Source: Thalia democratica (lineage: Eukaryota). From it: 64,000 bases of DNA. Under the pieces are notes generated by a model. That model saw nothing but the letters and a program-made list of their open reading frames with translations. It made no database searches and was not told where the DNA came from. The DNA lies in NCBI GenBank assembly GCA_965202585.1, contig OZ241827.1, positions 2,418,001 through 2,482,000 on the forward strand, given 5' to 3'. Position 1 is the stretch's first letter, and each line of letters opens with the position of its first letter. Shown one piece after another: positions 63,901 to 64,000 of this stretch. The position numbers were made by a program, and so were the translations under genes.

Positions 63901-64000
63901 TAGCTATATTATGAGAGATTTACAATTAAGACCACCTTAGGAAATAAACATTTTATGTATAGAAAATATTAAGTAACAAAAAAAGATAAAGTCTGCTTTT
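60990..64000. repeat. ~305-310-bp diverged AT-rich satellite, about 10 units, continues past the window end
   Basis: ACAATGAGGCAAG-like anchors near 61035, 61660, 61942, 62250, 62549, 62858, 63162, 63487, 63796; TTGTTGATAAAAA and TTGTAGATA recur with the same period. Confidence 0.95.

Overview
Very AT-rich, intron-rich animal genomic DNA; the composition and repeat types are consistent with a cnidarian such as Hydra (inference). Three protein-coding genes are supportable, all on the minus strand. (1) A multi-exon ZC3H3-type gene with five CCCH fingers, reconstructed by hand from splice sites and frame phase (about 6.9-19.8 kb, with the 3' end unresolved). (2) A single-coding-exon XLF/NHEJ1 orthologue. 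(3) A divergent single-coding-exon Dcp2-like Nudix hydrolase lying between two satellite arrays. Most of the rest is repeat-derived: at least seven non-autonomous elements with CAGGGTTGCCAC-type termini and 6-bp TSDs in three subfamilies, a decayed CR1/L2 LINE, a 766-bp fold-back MITE, a 1.77-kb composite hAT-like element defined by an 8-bp TSD, an ~800-bp dispersed repeat pair, an ~132-bp satellite packed with TGACGTCA (CRE) palindromes, and an ~305-310-bp satellite running off the right end. The most unusual signal is a 53-nt-period array of three bulged hairpins at 34.64-34.80 kb. It shows covarying base pairs, and its internal stem mismatches resolve as G-U wobbles only on the minus strand, which points to a structured RNA element. 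All alignments and counts were done by eye.
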